DNA of 63,572 bases, filler included, from Licmophora abbreviata (Eukaryota), in the NCBI GenBank assembly GCA_900291995.1. It is 13 parts of 13 records of this genome, joined end to end, with 100 filler letters (N's around TTAATTAATTAA, not from the genome) between each part and the next. Parts side by side here need not be neighbours in the genome. Positions count along the whole stretch, not along the records: positions 21,114 to 30,074 come from OLMU01000922.1; positions 30,175 to 32,618 come from OLMU01000924.1; positions 32,719 to 37,069 come from OLMU01000925.1; positions 37,170 to 41,718 come from OLMU01000926.1; 9 more parts are not named here. One strand, given 5' to 3'. Shown piece by piece: positions 25,608-37,292 of this stretch. The position numbers and the translations under genes were made by a program. The notes below the pieces were generated by a model, which did no database searches, was not told where the DNA came from, and worked only from the letters and a program-made list of their open reading frames with translations. Each line of letters opens with the position of its first letter. Position 1 is the stretch's first letter.

Positions 25608-27576
25608 ATGACGACGAGTCTGACTGCTGTGAAGCTTCTAGCAGCCTCCATTGTTCTCCCCTACCTCCTGGGATGCTTTCTGTCGTCCACCGTGCTCCCA
25701 GAAGATCACTACTTGCATCGCTACCTCGCGAATACCGCCGTTGTCTCGTCCTTGATGGGCAGTGCACGTGATCCTACTCCTATTTCAGACACTACACGAA
25801 GGAACTGCAAGCCACAGTTGGAATCGATCATCCGTAAAGAATCGTTTCAGAACTTTAGTTTCGCGGTGCATCGCAATGGAGAAGCCGACCCCTGCGGTCA
25901 AGTCACCTTCGACTGGGAAGCACTCGTGCAGGCGGTCGACTCCTTTGACTCGTGTCCCAGTGAGTTTGACAAGTATGACTTCGAATCGCTCTTGACTCGT
26001 CTCATCGGAGCCACTAGTACGACGGCGAATGATGTATTTGATGCCAATTGCAAGTCGGATCTAGATCAACCAACGGCAGAGGGATTTTTGGGATTTTGTG
26101 ATCGTGGTCAAGACAAGACGCCCATATTGCTCGATCATGATGACTTGGTTCCGGTCCCGACCACCCAGACACTACCCTGTCGCTTTCACACTCGCGAGGG
26201 AGTACGAATTAGCTCATTGAAACAGTTGCAAGGATATCTCGAAACATCGTCATCGACCGAATGTCATAGTCCGAATGAGGGAGACAGCACCATCGGTACC
26301 TGCATGTCGAATTCTGATGGCGCCATCATTCCACAGCTTTCTGTCTATGCCGTCCCAGCCGGACGAGTATTTATGTTTGCGCCCAAGTACGTCGGGGAAA
26401 TCTTTGATTTGCAGCACGTGCAGGGTGCCGACGGCTTGTCCATATCCCTCGAGGTACTGTCCTTGTCGCCCGTCGTCATGGACGTCTACAATTTCTTTTC
26501 CCGTGACGAGTCGGACGATCTCGTCAAGCGTGCCTTGTCCGAAACTACCGAGTCACATCGTATCAAGCGCAGCACGACCGGGGCCGGTGGCAAGGATATC
26601 AACGTCAAGAGGACCTCGGAAAATGGATTCGATACGCATGGACGGACGAGCATGACGGTCAAGAAGCGCTGCTTTGAAGCCTTGGGTTTTGATGAATATA
26701 TTGAGTCTCATGCGGATGGATTGCAGATTTTGCGGTACAATCTCACAACGGCGTACACTCCGCACTTGGATTGGATTGACGACCCTACTGGTAAACTGGA
26801 ACACGATTACGATTCGAGTGGGGTGGGAGGAAATCGGTTCGCGACCATTCTCCTCTACATGTCGGATCTAGACGAAGGTGTTGGAGGAGAGACGGTCTTT
26901 ACCCATGGCTGGCCCGTTGGTCAACCGGAAGAAGAGCACGTTGCGTATCGACAGGCACTACAAGAGTTGCGAGACTCTGGAGATGCATCCATGGTACTCA
27001 AGGAAGGGTCGTGGGAGGAGCAAATGGTGGCCAAGTGTCGATCACGACTGGCGATCCGACCAAACTCGGCGCGTGCGGTTCTCTTTTACTCCCAACTCCC
27101 TACGGGTGAAGCGGATCCCAGCTCACTGCATGGTGGATGTCCTGTATTAAAGGGCGAAAAGTGGGCTGCCAATGTAAGAATGTGTGAAAGCATGTTGGCC
27201 TGTGTTTTTCGTGATAGCTCACACACGCACCAATTCTCTGTTGTAGCTCTGGGTCTGGAACACTCCGAGAAACGGATTCGGGGGGTCGCCCGTCAAGGCC
27301 AAGTTTGCCAATAAAGATGACGACGCGACAGACCCTGCCCAGCAGTTTACAACAATCAAGGCCGTCTTCAAGAACACAGGAACCAATGATGCTTACGAAC
27401 GAGCCGAATTATTCTTCAACGACGAAACCTACTGGGGCGCGCTTGGTCATGGCGATTCATCGCTGAATGTGAATACGTATGAAGGTCACAAGTGGGATGT
27501 CAAAGTCGACGGCAAGATAGTCAAGTCATGGATCATTCGCGAGAGAAAGGGTGTCGATCAAGTCTTTGAACTGTAG
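25608..27576 (+). CDS. prolyl 4-hydroxylase (2OG-Fe(II) dioxygenase) with C-terminal VHL-beta-like domain
   Basis: N-terminal signal/anchor; RTS, LQILRY, HLD, NRFATILLYMSD..GGETVF, SLHGGCPVLKGEKWAAN|LWVW; intron 27174-27246; the last exon is open to TAG at 27574-27576. Confidence 0.9.
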
Positions 27577-27823
27577 TATTGCATTTTATTTGTGTTAGTT
27601 TAAAGAAAAAGTGATGGGAACGTTAGATGTAGAGGTCGATAGGGTCATGGCAGTGAGTGGTCAACGCTGCTTCGCGCCAACCTTGGTTTAAAACGTCATC
27701 GCGTCATCAATCGCCGGCTTTCCCGCAAAATTCCACAACAACAAAAACGACGACGAGCAGTGCAAAGATCGCAAGAACAAAATAGTGAGAAGGGGTTCGC
27801 CATATTGGAGAACAAAGGTCAAC

Positions 27824-29861
27824 ATGCGACCGCCTCCCACACATCGATGGACCCTCTTTGACATGACCATTGTCCTTTCGGGTCTTGTTGCTTTGCTTTC
27901 GAGCCAAGAATTGACCGAAATAGTGGTTGTCGTCGCCCAACACAAGAATATCATCACCGACACCGGGACTCGTCGACGAAAGCCACAGAAGTACCCGCGA
28001 AATTTTCCCACTACTGATACGCCTCGCATGTCGATTGTCAATATGACGTGTGACTTCTACGAACAGCCACTGAATCATTTTGTTCCTCGTGGGACGAGCC
28101 CTACCTACAAACAACGCTTCTGCTTGTATGATGGCTTTGTCAATCGCACATCCGCCGAACTGACACCCATTTTTCTCTACACCGGAAACGAATCTCCATT
28201 GGAAGAGTATATCAACAACACTGGATTGATGTGGGAACTAGCACCGAAGTTTGAAGCACAGGTGGCGTTCTTCGAGCATCGATACGAGGGCGAAAGCTTG
28301 CCACACAATTTGTCAGAAGCTTGTCTGTCTTTCGCGTCGTCGATTCAAGCCTTGGCCGACTTTGTTGAGCTCTTGAACTATTTGAATCCGCAGTCTGCAC
28401 GCCCTGTAATTGCCTTTGGTGGGAGCTATGGCGGCATGTTGAGCTCGTGGCTGCGCATGAAGTACCCCGGTAGTGTGGCTGGAGCAATTGCGGGAAGCGC
28501 ACCGATTTGGGGGTTCCCAAAGACCGCTCGACCTGACGCCATCGATACAGCATCTCGAGTCGTTTCACGTGCTCTATCTTTACCATATCCTCCCACGAAC
28601 AGAGAAGAGAAGCGAGAAAACTACTGCATCGACAATCTTCTTGCTGCCTGGCCGCTCATGACGCACATGGGCGAGACAGTCGCAGGTCGCTTAGAACTAC
28701 AAGAGTCCTTTCGCCTATGTCGACCCTTGAACACGCCAGACGATGTCATTCAGCTCCGAGAGTGGGCGCAGAGTCCGTGGTTTGATATGGCGGAGGGAAG
28801 TTTTCCGTATCCGTCGAGTTACATTCCGTTTGCCTTGCATATGGACGACCACAATCTGCCGCCATGGCCGCTCCAGGCGGCATGCTGGGTGAATAGTACC
28901 TTGTATCAAGACTGGGGCGTTCGCTTTTAGGTATCCTGATGGTCTGAATCAGAGTCATCTAACGTATGGTGTAACGTACGGTGACAGCAAGCTGGTGCTA
29001 AGTGTCGACTGGGACGTCGTGGTCGCTAATATGTGGTATGAGGCCACGACATCGTCGACTTCTATACGGGGATTGCTGACTAGTGTGCGCGACGCCGTCG
29101 CTGTGTGGTTCAATGTGACGAGCGACCTATCTTGTTTCAACATTACACCCGCTGAGAACTTGGAGGAAGTCCAAGTGTCTTTTAACAGCACCACTGCTAT
29201 TGCTCGTCGACGGCTGGCTCGGTTAACGGCTCTTGCCAACCGAGACGAAGATCCCACGGAGATCTGCGACGAAAAGATTGCATCAGAAGGCAGCTGGGGG
29301 CCGCTCTGCTGCAACGAAGACATCAACTTGGTCAATGTCGAGACTCAGGGTCTCGGTCACGACTTTTACTGGCCGCCATCGTATCCTCGCGGTACTGCAA
29401 CATACTCGGATATTGTTGTTCAGAATCGCAACTCTACAGGCGACTATTGTGCAGATCCCGACGGCCTGTTTGGCTATCCCGATGAGAGTGATGCATGGTC
29501 TACATGGCTTGACTTGTACTATGCCGGACTGCGTATCGGTTCTCACTCCAACATTGTTTTCTCGAACGGCCTCCTTGATCCATGGAGCGCCGCAGGCGTG
29601 TACGCCCCCGGAATGGACCCTACACCGTACTCCTCATCCTCTTACTCGGGGTCGATGATCCAAAACATTACACTGGACGGAAGTATAGTTGCGATTCTGA
29701 TTGAATTCGGCGGTCACCACACGGATCTCATGTACAGCTACCCTTCGGATCCGCAGTGCGTTCGTGACGCACGTCGTATCGAAGCAAATCATATAGAAAA
29801 ATGGATTGAGGAATGGCGCGCAGGAAGACAAGGTTTGGTTTGCCGCAAGGCTGAACAATAA
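27824..29861 (+). CDS. serine peptidase S28, Pro-X carboxypeptidase (PRCP)-like (frameshift near 28925)
   Basis: QPLNHF, PIFLYTGNE, EHRYEGESLP, QALADF, catalytic FGGSYGGML, SNIVFSNGLLDPW, GHHTDL. Confidence 0.92.
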
Positions 29862-30074
29862 TACATTCTGTAGATTGGTGTGTGATGCATGGGATCGTGA
29901 TCGGCAAGCCCTAGATGTGTGTGAGTGAGATAAGATTTCGGCGCATCGATCTCTGAGACGTCTGGTCCATAGGAGGCCATCACATGGTCACAATTGAACC
30001 CTACGATGCCAGCATTGCATTCCAACTTAGACTGCAATAGCTACTGGTACTGGTAACCCCAAAGCTACTTTTAC

Positions 30075-30174
30075 NNNNNNNNNNNNNNNNNNNNNNNNNN
30101 NNNNNNNNNNNNNNNNNNTTAATTAATTAANNNNNNNNNNNNNNNNNNNNNNNNNNNNNNNNNNNNNNNNNNNN
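30075..30174. other. assembly spacer
   Basis: 44N-TTAATTAATTAA-44N. Confidence 0.98.
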
Positions 30175-30198
30175 TTCCTTGACATCACACATCGACAG

Positions 30199-31520
30199 GT
30201 AGAAATGTTCTCCCAGCGTTACTCCCTTGTGCAGCAGAGGATTCTTCGTCAGGATCTGTTTCGCCCCAAATTGGTGACAGCCGATGGACGCCATGTATCG
30301 GGCGACGGTCGAAACGTAACACACGCAATCACGCCGGTCGAGAGTCTCTTGGGGCGCAATGGCCCGACGTTTCTACTCGGCATGATTGTTCAGGTATGTA
30401 AACAATAGGAAGTGAAGTGTTAGTATCGACCGTCCAAGTATCTCATTGCTAACAATACTTCCCATTGTAGGTTGAAGAAGGACGATTCTATTTGGAAGAC
30501 AGCACCGCACAGGTCCCACTCGACCTTTCAGGAACGTCGGTCCTTACCGATGGATTCATTACGGAGAACTGCATCGTGCTAGTGGAAGGAGAAATGATCG
30601 ATGGTACTCTTCATGTCCACCGCATGGGTAATCCCATTGTCGAAACCAGACTCGAGTCGGTCGACACGATCGGCATTCAAAACACCGACTTATTCCATTC
30701 CATGTCGACAATGGCAGAAGTCGACAAGCTTCGCGAGCAAGAAGAGCAGCATGGTGCGGATGGCATGTTCGTTATTCTATCGGATGTCCACCTTGACAAA
30801 CCGCATGTTCTCGAGAAGCTAGGCAGCCTTTTTGACGGCTTTCGGCACATGGACCCACTTCCCATCTTTGTCCTCATGGGCAACTTCTCGTCTGTCCCCA
30901 TGTCTGCTGAAGGCCCCAAGGTCATGATGGGCTATTTCGAGGAGCTTGCCAATCTCATCTCGGAGTATCCCCGTCTCGCTAACGAAGCTCGCTTTGTCTT
31001 TATTCCGGGCAGTCACGATCCCGGCATTGGCGAGATTCTGCCCCGCCCCCCGCTCCCAAAGTACTTTACAGGCATGCTGCGCTCCAAGGTTCGGAATGCC
31101 CACTTTGCGACGAATCCCTGTCGGATACGCTACTTTTCGAAGGAACTCGTCTTCTTTCGTCACGACTTGGTGCATCAGTTGCGTCGCAGCTGCATTGTTC
31201 CGCCGCGCGCCAACGATGATTGGGTCCAGCATACTGTCAAGACGATTCTAGATCAAGGCCATCTCTGCCCGCTGCCGTCGATTCCAGTCTACTGGCAGTT
31301 CGATCATGCCTTGCGTCTATACCCGCTACCGGATGCTGTTGTGCTAGGAGATCGAGTGGAACAGTTTTACGAAAACTACGCCGACTGCGATGCTGTCAAT
31401 CCTGGTCCGTTCTCGAACGACTTTAGTTTTGTTGTGTACCGGCCGGTAGCGACTGTCGACGAGGACGGCCATACCAAGTCGGATGTGGAGTTTAGTCAGA
31501 TTGGAGACGAGAATAAATAA
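30199..31520 (+). CDS. POLE2: DNA polymerase epsilon subunit 2 (DPB2), 5' partial
   Basis: VILSDVHLD, FVLMGNF, FVFIPG..DPG, LPRPPLP, TNPCRI, TILDQGHLCPL, DHALRLYPLPD, NPGPF; intron 30394-30470. Confidence 0.95.
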
Positions 31521-31612
31521 GTAGGGAGGTACTTTAAATGTGTGAGAGCGAAGATGAGCAGCGTTTGACAACCCAAGAGATTCTATCCATGTCTTCTATA
31601 CTACAAGCGCTG

Positions 31613-32416
31613 TTACTTGGCATGTCCGAACGGACTGACGCCCTTATTCTTTCTTCGCTTCTTGCGCACACTCGCATCCAACTCGTGCGTCCGAATGACG
31701 AACAAGATCATTTCAATAAAAAGCATAATCACCCCACTAATAACGCCCGCAATGACCCGTCTCACATCGGTCTGGTGCGGCTTGAGCTGGACCTCTGGAA
31801 GAACCCACGCAAAGACTTGTCCTGCAAAAAAGTACATGAAGACTCCAAAGGAAATCGGTGCCACAATCATATTTAGGCCAACGCTGGCTGCGTACGTCAT
31901 GGTCTTGGTTGTGACATCGTCCTCGACGCTGGTATCTAGATTGCCGGTGAGCTTCTTGTACTGAGTCTCTTCCGCTTTGAGTTTGAGACGTGCCATGCGT
32001 TGTCGGAAACGCTTGTGCCCGTCTGTCTCTGCAGAGGGAGCGGGAGGAGCCGTGAAGACCAGCGACGTGGAAGCCAATACCTGATCGAGCTTTGTCACAG
32101 AGTTGTCCTTTTCCTTGGAGTGAAGAAGTACGCTGTACATGGCGCGAACTACCGGCATTGGAAGTGTTTCCGTGTCTTTCGAAACGGTCTGTAGCAAAGA
32201 CCGGCTTGCTTCCAGAGGGAGCGGAACAGTAGCACGAGCGGAGGCGCACGTTTCAGAATGATCGGTGCCTTGGATTGTGTCGTCGTCGCCCTCATCATCG
32301 TCGACCGTCACGATGGTGACACTTTTCTCCAGCAGCGCCCGCAGCTCTTCCGTCATGCGGATACCCTCCAGGTGTTTCTCATTGTGACGACTACGAGTAT
32401 CAGTATTGGATGGCAT
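31613..32416 (-). CDS. V-ATPase assembly factor VMA12/TMEM199-like
   Basis: RMARLK..AEE..YKKL helix followed by two TM segments (GLNMIVAPISFGVFMYF; IAGVISGVIMLFIEMILFVIR) and a basic tail. Confidence 0.75.
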   Translation of the reverse strand: MPSNTDTRSRHNEKHLEGIRMTEELRALLEKSVTIVTVDDDEGDDDTIQGTDHSETCASARATVPLPLEASRSLLQTVSKDTETLPMPVVRAMYSVLLHSKEKDNSVTKLDQVLASTSLVFTAPPAPSAETDGHKRFRQRMARLKLKAEETQYKKLTGNLDTSVEDDVTTKTMTYAASVGLNMIVAPISFGVFMYFFAGQVFAWVLPEVQLKPHQTDVRRVIAGVISGVIMLFIEMILFVIRTHELDASVRKKRRKNKGVSPFGHAK

Positions 32417-32618
32417 GGTGCAGTGAAAGAAATCTATCGATTCGAACCTTGAAAGTCACTACACTACAGAGGAGAGAGTTGCTTGTTGCTGAAACGACAC
32501 GGTGGCGCTAGTTCCTACTTTGATCCAGTGCTGTGGTCGGCGGTGTCGCACTCGTCGCATCGCTTCGTCGTCTCATCATCATCGCAGCGCCGCGCGGCGA
32601 CACACACGTCTCTCACCC

Positions 32619-32718
32619 NNNNNNNNNNNNNNNNNNNNNNNNNNNNNNNNNNNNNNNNNNNNTTAATTAATTAANNNNNNNNNNNNNNNNNNNNNNNNNN
32701 NNNNNNNNNNNNNNNNNN
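32619..32718. other. assembly spacer
   Basis: 44N-TTAATTAATTAA-44N. Confidence 0.98.
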
Positions 32719-32800
32719 AACTTGACTCACTCAATCTAATCTGTCCCATTCTTCGACTTACCAACAACAGAGCAGTCATTTCAATTTTTGAGAAACCGCA

Positions 32801-33667
32801 ATGTGCCTCTCTGAATCAGGAGAAACGGAGACGGAACAACCGCTCGTCTCCTCTTCCAGCACGGATTTGCCAGACCCTGCGTCATGGCCGCACCGTCCCA
32901 TCCTTGTACTGCCAGCACGAGGGACGCGGGTACCGACACACGTCAACAATGCGCCTCTTCCCATCGGAGAACCCGTAGAGTTTGAGAGTGATATCTTCAA
33001 AGGGAAAATGCTGATTCGATTGCGCAGCGCACTCGACAAGTCCGACAATCCCACGGGAGACCGGGCTTACTTTGAGGGACGCAAGCGTGTGATGCAATTT
33101 ATTGTTCAGGGTCAGTTCAAGGAACCGCTGCAAATGTCAGAAGTGTACACTGGAAACAAGTACGAGCGACCATTGAAGAGGGTGCCACCGAAGCAGATTG
33201 ACAAGATATTTCGGGGCCTTATGCGTCGCATTGCCCCAGGTCTCATCCTCGACTTATCCTCGCAGAAGCCGCAAGTCATGACATTGCAGGCTAGTTCCGC
33301 CATGGCGTTCAGCATTGACAAGCCTGGAGAGGAGCCGGACATTAGCGCCTTGACGATTGAAGAGAACACTGAAGCTTTGGGGAAGACATTCAAGTCCTCC
33401 ACCGCACGTCAAAAGTACTTGGCGAAGAACGCAGCAAAGTACAGTTACGATACGGAACACGTGTACACCTTTGACAATTATCAAGATATCATTGACTATG
33501 GAACGTACCACGTGCGTTTGCCGTTCTTCATGAATGTGGACCTTGCAGCTACCATGAACGGACAGCCCATGTCTTACACTGCCATGACAAAGGACGGCCG
33601 ATTCCTATATGACTTTCCGGTGTGGCACGAGCGCCTGCTGGCAAACATGCCTACCAATGGTTGTTAG
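32801..33667 (+). CDS. DUF1769-like domain protein
   Basis: FESDIFKGKMLIR, YFEGRKR....VQGQFK, YDTEHVYTF; single-exon 288-aa ORF. Confidence 0.75.
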   Translation: MCLSESGETETEQPLVSSSSTDLPDPASWPHRPILVLPARGTRVPTHVNNAPLPIGEPVEFESDIFKGKMLIRLRSALDKSDNPTGDRAYFEGRKRVMQFIVQGQFKEPLQMSEVYTGNKYERPLKRVPPKQIDKIFRGLMRRIAPGLILDLSSQKPQVMTLQASSAMAFSIDKPGEEPDISALTIEENTEALGKTFKSSTARQKYLAKNAAKYSYDTEHVYTFDNYQDIIDYGTYHVRLPFFMNVDLAATMNGQPMSYTAMTKDGRFLYDFPVWHERLLANMPTNGC

Positions 33668-33771
33668 CGCAGCGCTTTCGAAACATGATTTTGTTTGTTT
33701 TTAGTTTAGTTTTGCACTACTAGTAGTGTTCTGATGCCATACTTTTACTTGGCGTGTACTCTCCCTACTTG

Positions 33772-36749
33772 CTACTCTCCAATAGTCGTCGCGAGAGGAA
33801 CGGCAGTTGCATACTTGCCACATGCCAGCAATAGATTTCGCTTCGTGTACTGGAGATTGAGCACCGATGTTCGCCGCGTCTGAAACGATTTGACCGGGAC
33901 CCTGGTCCCAGGACGGTCCTGCAATCCCGTGGGATCAGGCCCTAGACCATTGGTATACTCAGGCTTGCCTCCAATACCCCGTGTGTCCCATACACGCACC
34001 ACACAGTCGTCTCCACCGGTCGCCAGACCCGTCCCACACGCGCTGTAACTCATGCTGTGAATCATGGGAGAGGACGGACGAAGAAATCCCGTCGCATCGC
34101 GCTTGTTGCCTGCACTTGGATCCGGACGAAGCTCATTCAGCTTTTTGCCTGTTCCCAAATCCCAAATGTGAACCACTCCCGAGTAGTCGGCGCCAGCCAC
34201 GTACTTTCCAGAAGGACTGACGCGAACGATATTGATACCATCGCCGCATCCGCCCAAGAGACGAACGCATCGTCCTGCATGAATGTCGAACATGCGAACA
34301 GTCTTGTCATCACATCCCGTCAGAACATAGTTGCAGTTCGGATGCCATGTAATGGTATTGACGCTCGCATTCGTGTGGCCAGACAAGACACGAACAGGAG
34401 ACGGTCGGTCCGTAGTCCAAATGCGACCGGTCGCATCGCCAGCAGCAGATGCAAAGTAGTAGCCGCTTGGTGCGAATTCCACAGACCAAACAGGACAGGA
34501 AGGTGCGTGACCGCGATATACGGCGAGTGCCGCCCCAGTGGCGTCGGCGGAGGATTCGGGTCGTAGCCCGGGAACGGGCATGCCCCCATCCCTTTCCTTG
34601 ATGGCCTTGTCCGTCGCGGCTCCTGTGGTGTATCGCGACACGCGAGTCGAGCTGCCGTAAGGTCCGACTGCCAGCGTGTCCCATAGTCGAATAGAACCGT
34701 CACCGCCGGCACTCAACAGCGACCGTCCATCCCGGTTCCAGTTGACGTCAAAGACGGGAAATCCATTCTTGTGGCCAAGAAGCACCATTGCCGTTTCAGA
34801 CACGTGAGATTCCGACGCTCCGCCTTCTGCCGAATCATCCTTTTTTTTGATGATTGCGAGTCCATCATGGACAAGATTCGAATCGCGGCGTCGTCGCAAC
34901 CGGCTGCAATTCGCCGTCCATCGGGAGGACACATCTCGGCACAAGCAATGTTAACGCCTGATTCTGCCCAAATGGTAGACGCGTCCATGGATCCAAATCG
35001 AGTCGGAGTGCTCCCTAGAACATTACCAGTAGACTCCGATGAGCAAAGAGTCGATAACAAGATACTTGGCTTGAGCGGGTTTGCAAGTGCAGGAGAAGTT
35101 GCTTTCTTCTCGTCGTTGGTAGCATCCGTTCGAAACCCGACTTCGTAATCACGCTTTCGCTCGATTGCCTCCAGCCTTCGAAACCCGTTCGTGAGCAAGG
35201 CCCGATTAAACTCGACGACCTTCTTGGCCTTGTACGCTTCTGACTTCGTCTCGTACTCTTCCTCGAGATGAAGTGGAGGAAATGGAAGCTTCTCCGATTC
35301 TTGTGGCAGTGTCGACTCTACACTCTCACCCGCTTCCGCCAACCGCGCTGCCGGCGCCACAGGCGCCGCCCATTGCACCTCGCCCAACTGTTTGGGGCGC
35401 GGAAATTGATCGTCCAAAACACAGGCAGGCGTAAACGGCAGTGGATCCCGTCGTTCCACATGAACTTCACACTTGCTCTGCAAAAGAGCGCTCATGGGTA
35501 GAAGTGACTCCCGCGATGACAAGAACGCGGCCAACATGGCGTACGACGTCGAGCTCAACGTCAGTTGCCACCGTACCACTCTCGCGCGACGCAAGAATTC
35601 AAAGTCTTTGGTCTTTTCATAGTGAACCGTTGCCTTTTTGGACAACTCTTCGTACTTTTGTTTCAGCAGCGTAGAGTGCTTTTCGTATTCCGCATATTTC
35701 CGTCGACTGTTGCTGCTGGACTCTGCCGACTTGTCGCGCGCCAACTCGTCCATTTTTACTTGATAGTTGGCGAGTTGCATCATGACGGAACGGAGGGCCG
35801 CAACCGCTTCGAGATGATGCGCATTGTGCGCAACGATGCGGTGCATGAGTTCCGATGTGTTACAGCGAATCAAGTCATTGAGCTCTTTGGTGTAGAGAGG
35901 CTCGTAAATGGACTTGAAGGTGTCCACAAGTGCCCGAGCAGTCGATTCAATGCCGACATCGAGCAATTCACTGTAGGTGTGCACCAAGAGAGCAAAGGTA
36001 ACAGCCAGAAGTTCTGGCTTGGTGGACGGGGGCATCCAAGGGGCATCCTTGGGACGGATCGAGTCGGCGCCCTTGGCAATGGCATCTGGCACGCCTTCCT
36101 CCCCAGCTGCTCGCTTCACAATCGAGGATATAGAAATCTCTTCCGCAGCACAAAGGCCCTCCTTCGTAAGGGGCTTGACCGTAGGCTGCAACATGGCCGG
36201 ATCGTCGGGAAGCGTCATGACCCACAGTTGCAAGGCTGTAAAGCTATCGAGGTACGCCCGAGCCTCCTCCACTCCCAGCTGATCCACCACGCGCGCGTTG
36301 TCGTTCGAAGCATCCGTAGTCGCCGTAGTATCCTGCAGTCGCGTATCAGGAACACCCCACATGGGAATAGCATGCGCCGCATCCAAGTCATATCCATACC
36401 CTCCTCCGGTAGCCTTGGCGAGTGCCGTGCGCTGCTCCGATGCCGAGGCCTCTTCCAATTCGTTCTGTTCCTTCTGAGTGAGTTCACGGCCGCCGCGAGT
36501 TCGTAGGGTCTTGGTGAGTTCCAAGACAGCATGGTTGAGACCCTTTTCTTTCAAGTATGCCAAAACAGCCTTGTCAGTGAGTGTCGGGGGGACCGTTGCG
36601 GGGGATGGGGTTGCGGATGATTCAGCGGGGGTATTGTTGTCGTTGTCGTTGTCAGGTTGATTAGTGGAGTCAGCTTTGGGAGGCGCCGCGGTATTAGGCT
36701 GCTGCTGCGACGATGACGAGTCTTGCTTCTTTCGATTGCTAGTAGGCAT
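33772..36749 (-). CDS. TAF5: TFIID subunit 5 (LisH, NTD2, WD40) (frameshift in the A-run at 34841-34848)
   Basis: LisH-like AVLAYLKEKG; NTD2 ELLAVTFALLVHTY; WD40 motifs YRGH..PVWSVEFAPSGYYFAS and HPNCNYVLTG.DDKTVR typical of TAF5. Confidence 0.9.
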
Positions 36750-37069
36750 CCTTCGTACACGTGTGGATAGTGTGCTTCGTACTGAGGTAGAAGAGGAAGA
36801 GGAGAAAAGAGCTGCAGCGACGATGCAACAGTGTAGGATGAGACAGGGATGATGCCGCGACGACCGCTTTTTGGTATCATCATGGTCAGTATCAGCGCAG
36901 GGTGCGACCGCCGTCCCGCGTTGTTGTCAGTAAGCAGACTGTCGTTGCGGCTATCACGGGAACCGTTCTCCCTATTGGCTATTCCCAGTTTCACAGACAC
37001 ACTCCCACAGAGCTCGTCGATCTACGTACACATGCGTACACTTTCTACGACGCTAAGATTCTCCGGCAG

Positions 37070-37169
37070 NNNNNNNNNNNNNNNNNNNNNNNNNNNNNNN
37101 NNNNNNNNNNNNNTTAATTAATTAANNNNNNNNNNNNNNNNNNNNNNNNNNNNNNNNNNNNNNNNNNNN
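37070..37169. other. assembly spacer with overlapping flanks
   Basis: 44N-TTAATTAATTAA-44N; 37017-37069 is repeated at 37170-37222. Confidence 0.98.
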
Positions 37170-37292
37170 TCGATCTACGTACACATGCGTACACTTTCTA
37201 CGACGCAAAGATTCTCCGGCAGGCCCAGCCCACATCACCTTCCGCCGATCCGAACCACAACGCGAGACTTCTTGTATTTTGTGTGTCCGAGA

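Noticed and set aside
35565..36506. 313-aa antisense ORF (and many similar antisense ORFs in the track)
   Set aside because: These are shadow ORFs opposite well-supported genes, with no recognisable motifs.
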